From: an uncultured Actinomycetes bacterium
GTDB lineage: Bacteria; Actinomycetota; Thermoleophilia; UBA2241
Assembly (NCBI GenBank): GCA_963709345.1
Contig: CAVPVX010000011.1
Location: 320,001-384,000 of the forward strand
Length of the DNA: 64,000 nt
Direction of reading: 5' to 3'
How positions within the stretch are numbered: position 1 is the stretch's first letter; each line of letters opens with the position of its first letter. Both the position numbers and the translations under genes were made by a program. Under the pieces are notes generated by a model that did not search any database, was not told the origin of the DNA, and was given only the letters and a program-made list of their open reading frames with translations. This document shows positions 14,098 to 26,566 of the stretch, one piece after another.

Positions 14098-15082
14098 TCA
14101 GTCGTCCAGCGTGAACTCGGTGAGGAAGGTCGCAAGCGCGGCGAACTCCGTCTCGAGCTGCGACTCGAGCCTTCCCGGGTACCTCTGCTCGATGTAGCTC
14201 AGCGTGTCCTTCTTGGAGTGCCAGATGGCGCGGTCCTTGAAGGTGTTGAGGTACCCGTCTTTCGTCGCCGAGAAGCCAGTTCGTCGCTTCGAGGTAGAGG
14301 TAGGGGATGCCGGCCTTGCGGAACGCGACGTGGTCGCTCCAGTCGCCCGTGGTCCCGTAGGGGTGGTCGGCGTTGAGCCCGGGGCTCGTGAGGATGAAGG
14401 CGTCCGTCTGGCGCGCCACGCTGCGGAACGCGAGTTGCGGCCAGGGATCGTCCTTGCTGCTGTAGCAGTAGAGTCGGTCGCCGGTGGCCACGGAATCGAA
14501 GTTGATCATGAGCACGGTCTCGGCTTTGGTCTGGTCGCTCATCTCAGCGACGTAGTGCGCCGAGCCGCGGAGTCCCACCTCCTCGGCGCCGAAGGCGACG
14601 AAGACCAGGGTGTACGGGGTCGAGGCGTCGCGCAAGGCGTCTGCGAGCTGCATCATGAGTGCGACGCCGGTCGCGTTGTCGAAGGCCCCGCGGCCGGCCG
14701 AGACCGAGTCGTAGTGGGCGCCGATCACGATCTGCTCGGCGCTGGCGCCGGGCTTGACGGCGACGATGTTACGCGAGCTCCGGGAGGCGCTCCCGGCGCT
14801 GAAGGTGAAGTCCTGGGTGTCGGGCACGTAGCCGAGGTCGGTGAACCACTGCAGGATGCGTTCGCCGGCGCGGCGCTCACCGGATCTGCCGGCCACTCGC
14901 GGGCCGATCTCGTCGGTCAGTTCGGCCATGTACTCGTAGGCGTCGGTGCCGGCCGTCGGTCCAGCCATCGGCACGGTCTCTGCCGCGGCACGGGACGAGT
15001 GAGTCTGTACGGCGGCTATGCCGAGCGCGAGCAGCGTCGCCAGAGCGGCAGCGGCGACGACGGCGAAGATCCCCCTGCGCAT
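14098..15082 (-). CDS. Secreted M28 aminopeptidase (Iap-like); one frameshift near 14262
   Basis: Signal peptide; IGAHYDS, GAFDNATG, FGAEEVGLRGS, INFDS, SDH; alternate frame continues KDGYLNT..IWHSKKDTLSYIE..PGR to TGA at 14098-14100. Confidence 0.82.
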
Positions 15083-15167
15083 GGTCTCCCCCTCGAGAAG
15101 CGATAGCGATTCCGCCCTGCTTGTACACGTCGGGAGCGCTTCGGTCAATCTGCGGTAGCATGCGGTC

Positions 15168-16193
15168 ATGGACCGTGACCCCGTCGCCGGCGCTTCCGCC
15201 CCGCCGTATCCCAAGATCGAGCTGCACGTGCACCTCGAGGCGACGGTGCGACCGGAACGCCTGCTCGAGATCGCGCGCCGCAACGACGTTCGCCTGCCGG
15301 CGCGCACGCCCGGGGGGATGCGCCGCTTCTGCGCCTTCCGTGGGTTCGAGGAGTTCATCGGCGTGTGGATCAAGACGACCGGCGTCCTGCGGCACGGCCG
15401 GGATTTTCGTCAGATCGTCGTGGACTATGCCGGCGACCTCGCCGACCAGGGCTGCCGGTACGCCGAACCTCTCTTCTCCCCGTCCGAGCCGATGGCCCGC
15501 GGCGTCCCGTGGCAGGAGGTCTTCGAAGGCTACTGCGACGGCGCCGACGAGGCCCGCGAGCGGCACGGCGTCGAGATGCGCTTCACGCCGGACATCACGC
15601 GCGACTTCCCTCCCGAGATCGGCGAGCGCCTGGCGGAGTGGGCCGTGCGCTTCCGCGATCGCGGCGTCGCCGGCATCAGTCTCGGTGGGAGCGAAGACCG
15701 CTTTCCGCCCCAACTCTTCGAGCGGGCGTTCGCGATCGCCCGCGAGGGAGGGCTGAAGGCGGCCCCGCACGCCGGCGAGATGGCCGGTCCGGCATCGGTC
15801 CGGGCCGCGCTCGACGTGCTGCGTGCCGATCGCCTGCGCCACGGCATCCGCAGCGTCGAGGATCCTGCCCTCCTCGCCGAGGTCGCCGCGCGCGGCATCG
15901 TGTGTGACGTGACCCCGGTCAGCAACCTGCAGACCGGGGTCGTGAGCTCGCTGGAGGAGCACCCGCTGCCGACGATGCTGCGGGCAGGCGTGAAGTGCTC
16001 CATCTCGAGCGACGACCCGGTGCTCATGGGAACGTCGCTGACGCGCGACTGCGTCGTCGCCGTGGAACTGGGGCACACGCCGCGCGGCATGTACGAGGAC
16101 GCCCTCTCGGGCGCGTTCTGCGACGCCGACGCGCGAGAGCGGCTGCGCGCGGCCGGAGAGGCCTTCGACTGGACCGCGGTCGCGGCCGGGTAG
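15168..16193 (+). CDS. add: Adenosine deaminase family protein
   Basis: PKIELHVHLE, PHAGE, RLRHGI, VTPVSN, ISSDDP. Confidence 0.88.
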   Translation: MDRDPVAGASAPPYPKIELHVHLEATVRPERLLEIARRNDVRLPARTPGGMRRFCAFRGFEEFIGVWIKTTGVLRHGRDFRQIVVDYAGDLADQGCRYAEPLFSPSEPMARGVPWQEVFEGYCDGADEARERHGVEMRFTPDITRDFPPEIGERLAEWAVRFRDRGVAGISLGGSEDRFPPQLFERAFAIAREGGLKAAPHAGEMAGPASVRAALDVLRADRLRHGIRSVEDPALLAEVAARGIVCDVTPVSNLQTGVVSSLEEHPLPTMLRAGVKCSISSDDPVLMGTSLTRDCVVAVELGHTPRGMYEDALSGAFCDADARERLRAAGEAFDWTAVAAG

Positions 16194-16212
16194 GTCGCCG
16201 GGCGGCGCCCGG

Positions 16213-16839
16213 CTACCGCGCGAGCAGGCCCTCCACGATGCCGTCGACCACGGCCGTCACCGCGGCGTCGACGGCCTTCGGGTCGTCCAGACGGCGCAGC
16301 GGACCGTCGACGAGCAGCGTCGCAAGCCCGTGGACCGCAGCCCACGCGGCGAGACCCAGATCCTCGACGTCGCGGGCGACGAAGCTCCCCCGCGCCACGC
16401 CGTCGGCGATGGCCTCGAGCAGCGGCATGTACGACGCTTCGCCGGCCGCCTCGAGGCGCTCGCCGCCGGCCCGACGCAGTTCCGGCCGGAACATGAGGCG
16501 AAAGCTTGCGGGATCCTCGATGGCGAAGCGCACATAGGCGGCGCCGAGCGCTCGGACGCGAGCCGTCGGGTCGTCCCGCGTGCTCGCGGCTGCGGCGCGC
16601 ATGCGCTCGCCGAGAGCGAGCAGGCTGCACTCGACCAGCGTGGCGATCAGCGTCGCCAGGTCGGCGAAGTGATGGTACGGGGCGGCGTGGCTCACGCCGG
16701 CGCGCCGCGCGACCCCGCGCATGCTCAGCCCCTCGAGGCCGCGCTCGTGAAGGATGTCCGCGGCTGCCGCGAGCAGCGCGGCGTGCAGGTCGCCGTGGTG
16801 GTATGTGTCTCGTGCCCTGCCGTCCGCCGGCGCGACCAT
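16213..16839 (-). CDS. TetR-family regulator with WHG C-terminal domain
   Basis: YHHGDL, LSMRGVARRAGVSHAAPYHHF, AWAAVHGLATL. Confidence 0.9.
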   Translation of the reverse strand: MVAPADGRARDTYHHGDLHAALLAAAADILHERGLEGLSMRGVARRAGVSHAAPYHHFADLATLIATLVECSLLALGERMRAAAASTRDDPTARVRALGAAYVRFAIEDPASFRLMFRPELRRAGGERLEAAGEASYMPLLEAIADGVARGSFVARDVEDLGLAAWAAVHGLATLLVDGPLRRLDDPKAVDAAVTAVVDGIVEGLLAR

Positions 16840-16859
16840 GTCACCTCGGTTCGCAGCAA

Positions 16860-16905
16860 ATGTTGACGGTGTCAAGATAACCGGGTATGTTACCAATGTC
16901 AAGAT
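16860..16905. promoter_or_regulatory. Two 19-bp palindromic TetR operators overlapping a sigma70-type promoter
   Basis: ATGTTGACGGTGTCAAGAT (16860-16878) and ATGTTACCAATGTCAAGAT (16887-16905); TTGACG-N17-TATGTT lies within them, between divergent tetR and epimerase genes. Confidence 0.75.
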
Positions 16906-16941
16906 GAAGTGCACGACGACGGTCGACGTCAGGGAGCAGTC

Positions 16942-17925
16942 ATGAGCGAAGACACACCGGGACTCGGGCAGGCGCAGGATCTCAACGTCGTACTGGGCGC
17001 GGGCGGGGGTACCGGCGGCGCCATCGTGCGCGAGTTGGTGGGGCAGGGCAGGCGCGTCCGTGCGGTGACGCGGCATGGAGCGACCAGCGCGAGCGCCGGG
17101 ACGCTCCCGCCCGCGTCGTACGAGGACGTCGCTGCCGACATCACAGACGTGAGCCAGCTGGCGCGTGCCGTCGCGGGCGCCACCGTCGTCTACCACGCGG
17201 CGCAGCCGTCCTACACGCGCTGGGCGCAGGAGTTCCCGGCGATGACGCGGGGCGTGCTGACGGCCGCCGCCGCCGCCGGGGCCAAGCTCGTGTTCGCCGA
17301 CAATCTGTACATGTACCCGCCGGTGGACGGCGCCATGGACGAGACGACGCCGGCGACCGGCCAGACGAAGAAGGGCAAGGTGCGCGCCGCCATGGCGGCC
17401 GAGTTGCTGGCGGCGCACCGCGAGGGTCGCCTGCGGGTCGCCATCGGCCGCTCCTCCGACTACTACGGCGCCTGGGGGCCGGGCTCGGCGGTCGGAGAGC
17501 GCTTCTTCAAGGCCGTGCTGGCCGGCAAGAAGGCGCAGTGGTTCGGCAGTCTCGATCAGCCACACACGCTCGGCTACCTCCCCGACATGGCTCGCGCGTT
17601 CGTCGTCCTCGGCGACCGCGAGGAGGCCGACGGGAGGGTCTGGCACACGCCGGCCGCGCCGGACATCACCGGGCGCGAGTTCGTCGAGCTCGCGGCGCGG
17701 GTCGCCGGAACGCCGGCGAGGCCCGTCGCACTGAGCGCGGGAGCGCTCAGACTACCGGGCATATTCATGCCCATCCTGCGCGAGTTCCCGGAGCTCATGT
17801 ACCAGTGGGAACGACCGTTCGTGAGCGACGCGAGCGCGTTCCCGGCCGCCTTCGGTCCCTTCACGCCGACGCCTCACGAGGAGGCGCTCGCCGCGACCAT
17901 CGCATGGTATCGGACGAGGCGGTGA
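16942..17925 (+). CDS. NAD-dependent epimerase/dehydratase family protein (atypical SDR)
   Basis: VVLGAGGGTG, LVFADNLYMY, GRSSDYYG, YLPDMARA. Confidence 0.85.
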   Translation: MSEDTPGLGQAQDLNVVLGAGGGTGGAIVRELVGQGRRVRAVTRHGATSASAGTLPPASYEDVAADITDVSQLARAVAGATVVYHAAQPSYTRWAQEFPAMTRGVLTAAAAAGAKLVFADNLYMYPPVDGAMDETTPATGQTKKGKVRAAMAAELLAAHREGRLRVAIGRSSDYYGAWGPGSAVGERFFKAVLAGKKAQWFGSLDQPHTLGYLPDMARAFVVLGDREEADGRVWHTPAAPDITGREFVELAARVAGTPARPVALSAGALRLPGIFMPILREFPELMYQWERPFVSDASAFPAAFGPFTPTPHEEALAATIAWYRTRR

Positions 17926-17960
17926 AGCGGACCGACGCCGATACGTCGTCGCCCGCCGCC

Positions 17961-17989
17961 TTGCTCTGGTAATCCAGACCTGCTAAGGT
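17961..17989 (+). promoter_or_regulatory. Candidate sigma70-type promoter of the helicase
   Basis: TTGCTC-N17-TAAGGT with extended TG. Confidence 0.4.
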
Positions 17990-18252
17990 GGCTTTCAGAC
18001 GACGGGAGCCGGTTCTCCCGCCCAGGCGCCACGCGCCGGGCTTTCCTCCCGCAGCAGACCCCAGACATTGTGACTACCGGGCAGTGTTCTGAATTGAAAG
18101 GAACACAAGTCCGTACCATGTCTGGCCGCCCCGAGGGCGGCTCCCCACAAGACGACCTCCCGCGCGCGCCTTTGTATCCCAGCGAGCAGTCAAGCCCGCC
18201 GGTCGATGCAGCCCCGTCGCCGCGTACGGAGTCGCCGAGAGAGAGTGAACGA

Positions 18253-19992
<1,740 letters not shown>

Positions 19993-20004
19993 TCCTGCGA
20001 TAGT

Positions 20005-20053
20005 GCGCCGGAGGGGCGGCGGGCGGCGAGCCCGCCGCCCCTCCGGCGCTTCT
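20005..20053 (+). terminator. Intrinsic terminator-like hairpin after the helicase
   Basis: Perfect 20-bp stem GCGCCGGAGGGGCGGCGGGC / GCCCGCCGCCCCTCCGGCGC, 5-nt loop, followed by TTCT. Confidence 0.7.
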
Positions 20054-20109
20054 GCTCCCCCGCACTTCTGCCCTCCGGCGGCGCCGGCTGGCACGCTTGG
20101 CGTCGCCTT

Positions 20110-20118
20110 TGCTATACT
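20110..20118 (+). promoter_or_regulatory. Extended -10 promoter of the tRNA
   Basis: TGcTATACT 13 nt upstream of the tRNA 5' end. Confidence 0.6.
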
Positions 20119-20131
20119 GCCGTCTCTGCGT

Positions 20132-20207
20132 GGGCGACTAGCTCAGTTGGGAGAGCGCCTGCTCGACAAGCAGGAGGTCGTTGGTTCAATTCCAACGTCG
20201 CCCACCA
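20132..20207 (+). tRNA. tRNA-Val (GAC)
   Basis: Acceptor GGGCGAC/GTCGCCC, D arm GCTC/GAGC, anticodon arm CCTGC-TCGACAA-GCAGG, T arm GTTGG-TTCAATT-CCAAC, discriminator A plus encoded CCA. Confidence 0.96.
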
Positions 20208-20253
20208 CTTCGTTCCGCCGCGTGACCGGCGGCTCTGCGCGAGAGGCTCGCGC

Positions 20254-20298
20254 CGCGATGAGGCTCGCGTTACGCGCACCGGCGCTGATGGCTTCTGC
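20254..20298 (+). ncRNA. Fluoride riboswitch (crcB motif)
   Basis: CGCGATGAGGCTCGCG stem-loop and downstream GCTGATGGCTTCTGC; GAGGC/GCTTC pseudoknot; directly upstream of a Fluc gene. Confidence 0.8.
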
Positions 20299-20344
20299 CC
20301 TTCCGGGCGGGAGCCATTTCTCGTTCCGGGTCTGAATCGAGACG

Positions 20345-20734
20345 ATGGAGGACCGCGTGGCCACTCGACTACTCCTGCTCATGGCCGCCGGCGCCGTGGG
20401 AACGCTGTGCAGGTACGGTCTCTCCGGCGTCGTGCACGCCGGGCTCGGCGCCCGTCTTCCCTGGGGTACGCTGGTCGTGAACCTGGCCGGGTGCCTCATC
20501 GCAGGACTTCTCTTCGGGCTCTTCGAGAGTCGCTGGGCGCTGAGCGGCGAGGCGCGCATCGTCATCTTCATCGGCTTCCTGGGGGCGTTCACCACGTTCT
20601 CCGGATTCATGCTGGAGACGTCGGAACTGGTGCGCGACGCGCAGTGGGTGGGCGCCGCGGGTAACCTGGCGCTGCAGAACGGCCTGGGCGCCGTGGCCAT
20701 GTACGGAGGCCTCGTGGCCTCGCGACTGGTGTAG
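20345..20734 (+). CDS. crcB: Fluoride efflux channel Fluc/CrcB
   Basis: GTLCRY, PWGTLVVNLAGC, GFLGAFTTFS; four TM segments. Confidence 0.93.
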   Translation: MEDRVATRLLLLMAAGAVGTLCRYGLSGVVHAGLGARLPWGTLVVNLAGCLIAGLLFGLFESRWALSGEARIVIFIGFLGAFTTFSGFMLETSELVRDAQWVGAAGNLALQNGLGAVAMYGGLVASRLV

Positions 20735-20747
20735 GGGAGGGGGAGCG

Positions 20748-21098
20748 ATGCATCTGCCCGAGTATGCGGAGCTGCTGCGCGTCTTCATCGGCGACAGCGA
20801 CCGCCATCACGGAAAGCCGCTGTACGAGGCGATCGTGGAGGCGGCGCGCAAGCAGCACCTCGCCGGCGCCACCGTGCTGCGCGGCTACGTCGGGTACGGC
20901 GCCCACAGCCGCATCCACACGGCCAAGATCCTGCGCCTCTCCGAGGATCTGCCGATCGTCGTCGAGATCGTGGACGCTCCGGAGAAGATCGACGCCTTTC
21001 TGCCCGTGCTGGACGAGATGATGGCCGAGGGCATGGTCACCGTGGAGCAGATCAAGGTGATCACCTACCGGCATCACGCCGGCGACGAGAACGCGTGA
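20748..21098 (+). CDS. DUF190 PII-like protein
   Basis: LRVFIGDSD..HGKPLYEAIV, AGATVLRG..GYG, LRLSEDLPIVVEIVD; typical crcB neighbour. Confidence 0.9.
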   Translation: MHLPEYAELLRVFIGDSDRHHGKPLYEAIVEAARKQHLAGATVLRGYVGYGAHSRIHTAKILRLSEDLPIVVEIVDAPEKIDAFLPVLDEMMAEGMVTVEQIKVITYRHHAGDENA

Positions 21099-21130
21099 CC
21101 CGGGGCGCCGCCGGCGCCCCGCACGGTGCG

Positions 21131-22036
21131 TCAACCGGAGGCGATGGCCTTGCTGACGGCGCGCACCAGCTCGCCGGCGGCGGCGCAGGCGGCGTCGGCG
21201 TCCGCGCTGCGGGACACGGCGTCGATGAGCGCGCTGCCGACGATCACGCCGTCGGCGAGAGCCGCTACGCGAGCCGCCTGCTCCGGCGTCGAGATCCCGA
21301 AGCCCACGGCGAGCGGCGCGTCCGTGCGCTCGCGCAACCGGCCGACGAGTGCGGGCAGTTCGTCGCCGAGCTCGGTCCGGGCGCCGGTGACGCCGGTCAC
21401 CGCGACGCAGTAGATGAAGGACGTTGCCGCCTCCGCGACCAGGTCGAGCCGCGCGGCGGTGCTCGTCGGCGTGGCCATAGGCACCAGCGACACGCCGTGC
21501 GCGCCGGCGAGCGCGGCGAGGCCGCCGGCGTCGGCCGCGAGAGCGGCCGGCGGTCCGGCGGCCTCGTCGAGCGGCAGGTCGGGGATCACCAGCGCCTCGA
21601 CGCCGGCGGCGGACGCCCGTGCGAAGAAGTCCGCCGGTCCGGCGGCCAGAACCGAGTTCAGGTAGGTGAGCAGCACGAACGGCGCCGAGCCGGCGTGCGC
21701 CGCCGCCAGGCCCAGGACGTCGTCGGGAGTGACGCCGGCCTCGAGAGCCGCGTGCGTCGATCGCTGCACGACCGGCCCGTCGGCGATGGGGTCGGAGAAC
21801 GGCACCCCCAGCTCGACGATGTCGGCGCCGGCGGCGACCAGCTCTGCAACCAGCCGGTCGCTGGTCGCCCGGTCCGGATGGCCTCCGGTCAGGTAAGGGA
21901 TGAGCGCGGCGCGCCGCGCCTGCGGCGCGGCGAAGGCGCGGGCGAGACGTGGAGCCAGGCGAGGTCGCGGCGTCGGCTCTCCGGCCGGCTCGGCGGCGGG
22001 CTCCTCGTGCGACGGTGGCAGCTTGCGCACGCTCAC
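21131..22036 (-). CDS. trpA: Tryptophan synthase alpha subunit
   Basis: [42 protein letters not shown]. Confidence 0.95.
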   Translation of the reverse strand: MSVRKLPPSHEEPAAEPAGEPTPRPRLAPRLARAFAAPQARRAALIPYLTGGHPDRATSDRLVAELVAAGADIVELGVPFSDPIADGPVVQRSTHAALEAGVTPDDVLGLAAAHAGSAPFVLLTYLNSVLAAGPADFFARASAAGVEALVIPDLPLDEAAGPPAALAADAGGLAALAGAHGVSLVPMATPTSTAARLDLVAEAATSFIYCVAVTGVTGARTELGDELPALVGRLRERTDAPLAVGFGISTPEQAARVAALADGVIVGSALIDAVSRSADADAACAAAGELVRAVSKAIASG

Positions 22037-23295
22037 GACGTCACCCCCAGGAGTCGCCCGGCTTCGTAGACGTCTTTGTCTCCTCGTCCGGAGAGGTTGA
22101 CGATGATGAGGTCGCCGCGGGCGAAGCGCGTTGCGGCGGGGTCAAAGTCCGCGGCTTCGCCCGGGATCGTGAAGCGGCCGGTCTCGGAGGGGGAGGGCGC
22201 CGTCGGCTCGGCGGCGGACGGGCCGCGCAGAACGTAGGCGACGGCGTGGGCGCTCTCCAGGGCCGGGATGATGCCTTCGAGTTCGGAGAGCGTGCGGAAG
22301 GCCGCGAGCGCTTCGTCGTCGGTGGCGGCGGCGTAGGCCGCCCGGCCCGAGTCCTTGAGCCACGAGTGCTCGGGCCCTACGCCGGGGTAGTCGAGCCCGG
22401 CCGACACCGAGTGGGCCTCCGCGACCTGTCCCCAGGCATCCTGCAGCAGGTAGCTGAAGGAGCCGTGCAGGACGCCGGGCGTGCCCTTGGCGAGCGGTGC
22501 GCCGTGACGCGCATCCAGGCCCTCGCCGGCGGCTTCCACGCCGGTGAGGCGCACGGCGGCGAGGTCGCGGAACGCGTGGAAGATGCCCATCGCGTTGGAG
22601 CCGCCGCCGACGCAGGCGACGACCTCGTCGGGGAGGTGGCCGAAGCGCTCGCGGACCTGGGCGATCGTCTCGGCACCGATCACCGCCTGGAAGTCGCGGA
22701 CCATCGCCGGGTACGGCGCCGGCCCGGCGACCGAGCCGATCACGTAGAAGGTCTCGCGGACGTTGGTCACCCAGTCGCGCAGCGCCTCGTTCATGGCGTC
22801 CTTGAGCGTGCGTGAGCCGCTCTCGACCGGCACGACCTCGGCGCCGAGCAGGCGCATGCGCACGACGTTGAGGTCCTGGCGGCGCACGTCCTCGGCGCCC
22901 ATGTACACAGCGCACTCGAGGTCGAGCAGAGCGCACGCCGTCGCCGTGGCGACGCCGTGCTGGCCGGCCCCGGTCTCGGCGATCACGCGTCGCTTGCCCA
23001 TGCGACGCGCCAGCAGCGCCTGGCCGAGCACGTTGTTGATCTTGTGGGCGCCCGTGTGGCACAGGTCCTCGCGCTTGAGCAGGATCGTCGCGCCGCAGCG
23101 CTCGCTGAGGCGCTCGGCGTGGTAGAGGGGCGTGGGCCGGCCGGCGTAGTCGGCGAGCAGGCCGTCCAGGGCTGCCTGGAAGGCGAGGTCGTCTCGCGCC
23201 TCCTCGTACGCCGCCGTGAGCTCGTCGAGCGCCGGGATCAGCGTCTCGGGGACGAAGCGCCCGCCATACGGGCCGAACCGTGTCTCTGTCGTCAT
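22033..23295 (-). CDS. trpB: Tryptophan synthase beta subunit
   Basis: [52 protein letters not shown]. Confidence 0.98.
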   Translation of the reverse strand: MTTETRFGPYGGRFVPETLIPALDELTAAYEEARDDLAFQAALDGLLADYAGRPTPLYHAERLSERCGATILLKREDLCHTGAHKINNVLGQALLARRMGKRRVIAETGAGQHGVATATACALLDLECAVYMGAEDVRRQDLNVVRMRLLGAEVVPVESGSRTLKDAMNEALRDWVTNVRETFYVIGSVAGPAPYPAMVRDFQAVIGAETIAQVRERFGHLPDEVVACVGGGSNAMGIFHAFRDLAAVRLTGVEAAGEGLDARHGAPLAKGTPGVLHGSFSYLLQDAWGQVAEAHSVSAGLDYPGVGPEHSWLKDSGRAAYAAATDDEALAAFRTLSELEGIIPALESAHAVAYVLRGPSAAEPTAPSPSETGRFTIPGEAADFDPAATRFARGDLIIVNLSGRGDKDVYEAGRLLGVTS

Positions 23296-23954
23296 CGCGA
23301 AGCGCCTCCACGCCGTGGGTTCCCGTCGCCGGTCGTCTTATCAGCCTGTACCACCGCGGTGAAGAACTCACGCAGCAAGGCCGGGTCCTTGAGGCCGGGC
23401 GCCGACTCGACGCCGCTCGACACGTCGACGACGAGGGGGCGCAGTGCCGCGATGGCCTCACCGACGTTGGCCGGCGTGAGGCCGCCGGCGAGCAGCAGCT
23501 TGTCGCGCGGCGTCTCCGGGCGCTGCGCGAGGCCGGCCCAGTCCAGCGTCTCGCCTGTACCACCGTAGCGGCCGGGGAGGCGCGAGTCGAGCAGGACCAT
23601 ATCGGCGTCGCCGGCGCCCGGGGTGTCCCAAGCGGCGATGACGAGTGGGCGCGGCCGCAGATCGGCCGTCGCCGCCCGGACATCGGCCACGCCGGGGCCG
23701 TCGGCTCCACCCGCGAGCTGCACCGCCTTGAGTCCCGCGAAGCCGATCACCTCGGCGATCCACGCCGCGCTCTCGGTGGCTACCACCCCGACCGTCAGGG
23801 CGTCCTCGACGTCACCGGCCAGCCAGCAGGCTCGCTCGGGCGAGAGCTGCCGGGGGCTCGGGCAGAGGATGAAGCCGCAGGCGCAGGCGCCCAGGGTGAC
23901 GGCGGCATGCACGTCGCCGTCCCGCGTGAGCCCGCAGACCTTGACGAGTGTCAT
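23292..23954 (-). CDS. trpF: Phosphoribosylanthranilate isomerase
   Basis: [39 protein letters not shown]. Confidence 0.93.
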   Translation of the reverse strand: MTLVKVCGLTRDGDVHAAVTLGACACGFILCPSPRQLSPERACWLAGDVEDALTVGVVATESAAWIAEVIGFAGLKAVQLAGGADGPGVADVRAATADLRPRPLVIAAWDTPGAGDADMVLLDSRLPGRYGGTGETLDWAGLAQRPETPRDKLLLAGGLTPANVGEAIAALRPLVVDVSSGVESAPGLKDPALLREFFTAVVQADKTTGDGNPRRGGASR

Positions 23955-24826
23955 CGCTGCATCCCCGGGCGCTTGAGAGCCGCAACGAGCGCGGGGAGCT
24001 CGGCCGTCGTCGCGCCCACAAGGGTCTCGCCGACGAGCACGGCGCGCGCTCCGGCCGTCGCCGCACGGCGGGCCTCCGCGGGGCCGGCGATGCCACTCTC
24101 GCTCACCGGCAGGGCGTGCCCGGCCATGGCCGGTACGAGCCGCTCGGTCGTGCGCAGGTCGACGGCGAGTGTGCGCAGATCCCGGTTGTTCACGCCGATC
24201 AGCGTGGCGCCGGCCGCCTCCGCGCTGCGCAGGTCGTCACAGTCGTGGACCTCGACCAGCGCGTCGAGGCCGCAGTCGCGGCACTCGTCGAGGAGCAGCC
24301 GCAGGCCGTCGGCGGGGAGCGCGACGGCGATGAGCAGAACGGCCGCCGCACCCGCGTCCGCCGCCTCCCGGATCTGGTACGGGTCGATGATGAAGTCCTT
24401 GCGGAGCACCGGAAGGTCGACGGCCGCGGCGACGGCGCGCAGGTCGTCGAGGGACCCGCCGAAGCGCTCCGGCTCCGTGAGCACGGAGACGGCGTCGGCG
24501 CCGGCGGCGGCGTAGGCTCGGGCCTGAGCGACCGCGTCGAGGCCGGGGGCGAGGTCACCCTTGCTCGGGGAGCGGCGCTTGATCTCGGCGATGAGCGCCA
24601 GTGTAGGCGCGCCGCCGGTCGCACCGGACCAGCTGGGCCAGACGGGCCGCGCGAGCGCGGCGCGAAGGCGGCCCGGCTCGCCCGGGCGGCTCGGCGGCCC
24701 GAGTGGCGTGCGACTGCGAGCCGCCGCCACGCGGGCACGGGCGCCGGCCACCATGGCGGCGAGGAAGTCCTCGCCCGGGTGAGCTCCGGTGGACGCGCGC
24801 GGAGCCTGCGCGCCGGCCGCGCTCAC
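23951..24826 (-). CDS. trpC: Indole-3-glycerol phosphate synthase
   Basis: IAEIKRRSPSKG, SVLTE, LRKDFIIDPYQ, LVEVH, GVNNRDL, SESGI; GTG overlaps trpD stop. Confidence 0.93.
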   Translation of the reverse strand: MSAAGAQAPRASTGAHPGEDFLAAMVAGARARVAAARSRTPLGPPSRPGEPGRLRAALARPVWPSWSGATGGAPTLALIAEIKRRSPSKGDLAPGLDAVAQARAYAAAGADAVSVLTEPERFGGSLDDLRAVAAAVDLPVLRKDFIIDPYQIREAADAGAAAVLLIAVALPADGLRLLLDECRDCGLDALVEVHDCDDLRSAEAAGATLIGVNNRDLRTLAVDLRTTERLVPAMAGHALPVSESGIAGPAEARRAATAGARAVLVGETLVGATTAELPALVAALKRPGMQR

Positions 24827-25859
24827 GTTCGCCCTCCGGCGAGCCGGCGGGTGGTCGCGACGAGGGCGGCGAGCTTGTCGCGGGCGGCGCCGGAGGCGAC
24901 CGCCGCCCTCGCCCGATCGACGCCTTCGGCGATACTGCCGGCGGCCTCCGCGATGTAGAGAGCCGCGCCGGCGTTGAGCAGCACGATGTCGAGCCGCGCG
25001 CCCTCCGCGCCGTCGAGGACGGCGCGGAGGTGGCCGGCGTTCTCGGCGGCGTCGCCGCCGAGCAGTTCGCCGAGCCGTGCGCGCCGCAGCCCGAACTCCT
25101 CCGGTGCGACCTCGTAGTGCACGTCGTAGCCCTGGCCGGCGAAGACCTCCACCACAGTCGTGGGGCACGTCGTCGAGATCTCGTCGAGCCCGTCGTCACT
25201 GTGCACGACGAGATTGCGGTCGTTACCCATCAGGCGGACCGCCTGGGCGATGCGCTCCACGTAGCGGGCGTCGGCGACACCGATCAGCTGATGCCGGGCT
25301 CCGGCCGGGTTGGTGAGCGGCCCGATGAGGTTGAACGTCGTCGCCATGCCCATCTCACGGCGCACTGGCGCCACGTGCTTCATGGCGAGGTGGTGCCGAG
25401 GGGCGAACATGAAGCCGATGCCGCACTCGGCGATGCACCGGCTCACCCGCACCGGGCGCCAGGTCGATGGCGACGCCCAGCGCCTCGAGCACGTCGGCGC
25501 TGCCGCAGCGGCTCGTGGCAGAGCGGTTGCCGTGCTTGGCCACGGTCACGCCGGCGCCGGCTGCGACGAGGGCGGCGGCGGTCGAGATGTTGAACGTCCC
25601 CGCGTTGTCCCCGCCGGTGCCGCAGGTGTCGAGGATCACGTCGGCGTCGACCTCCACCTTCTCCGAGAGCTCGGCCATGCCGCGCGCCATCCCCACGATC
25701 TCCTCGGCGGTCTCGCCCTTGACGCGCAGAGCGCTGAGAAATGCGGCCGTCTGCGCGTCGCCGGCACGGCCGCCCATGATCTCGAGCAGTACGGCCCGGG
25801 CGTCCGCCTCGCGGAGGTCGCGTCCGGAGGCCAGCTCGCGCAGTGCGGCCGTCAGGACG

Positions 25860-25870
<11 letters not shown>
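24823..25870 (-). CDS. trpD: Anthranilate phosphoribosyltransferase; one frameshift near 25450
   Basis: DTCGTGGD, FNISTAAA, KHGNRS, GSADVLE in one frame; FMFAPRHH, FNLIGPLTNP, DGLDE in the next. Confidence 0.93.
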
Positions 25871-26564
<694 letters not shown>

Positions 26565-26566
26565 GG

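Noticed and set aside
17937-17944. GCCGATAC as another sigma28-like promoter (likewise GCCGACAA at 57815 and GCCGATGC at 30780-30787)
   Set aside because: No TnnAG -35 box at the 15-nt spacing.
20089-20104. TGGCAC as a sigma54 -24 element before the tRNA
   Set aside because: No TTGC at -12; a good extended sigma70 -10 explains the promoter.
20132-20345. tRNA-Val as an island integration site
   Set aside because: No integrase and no duplicated tRNA 3' end seen in the window.
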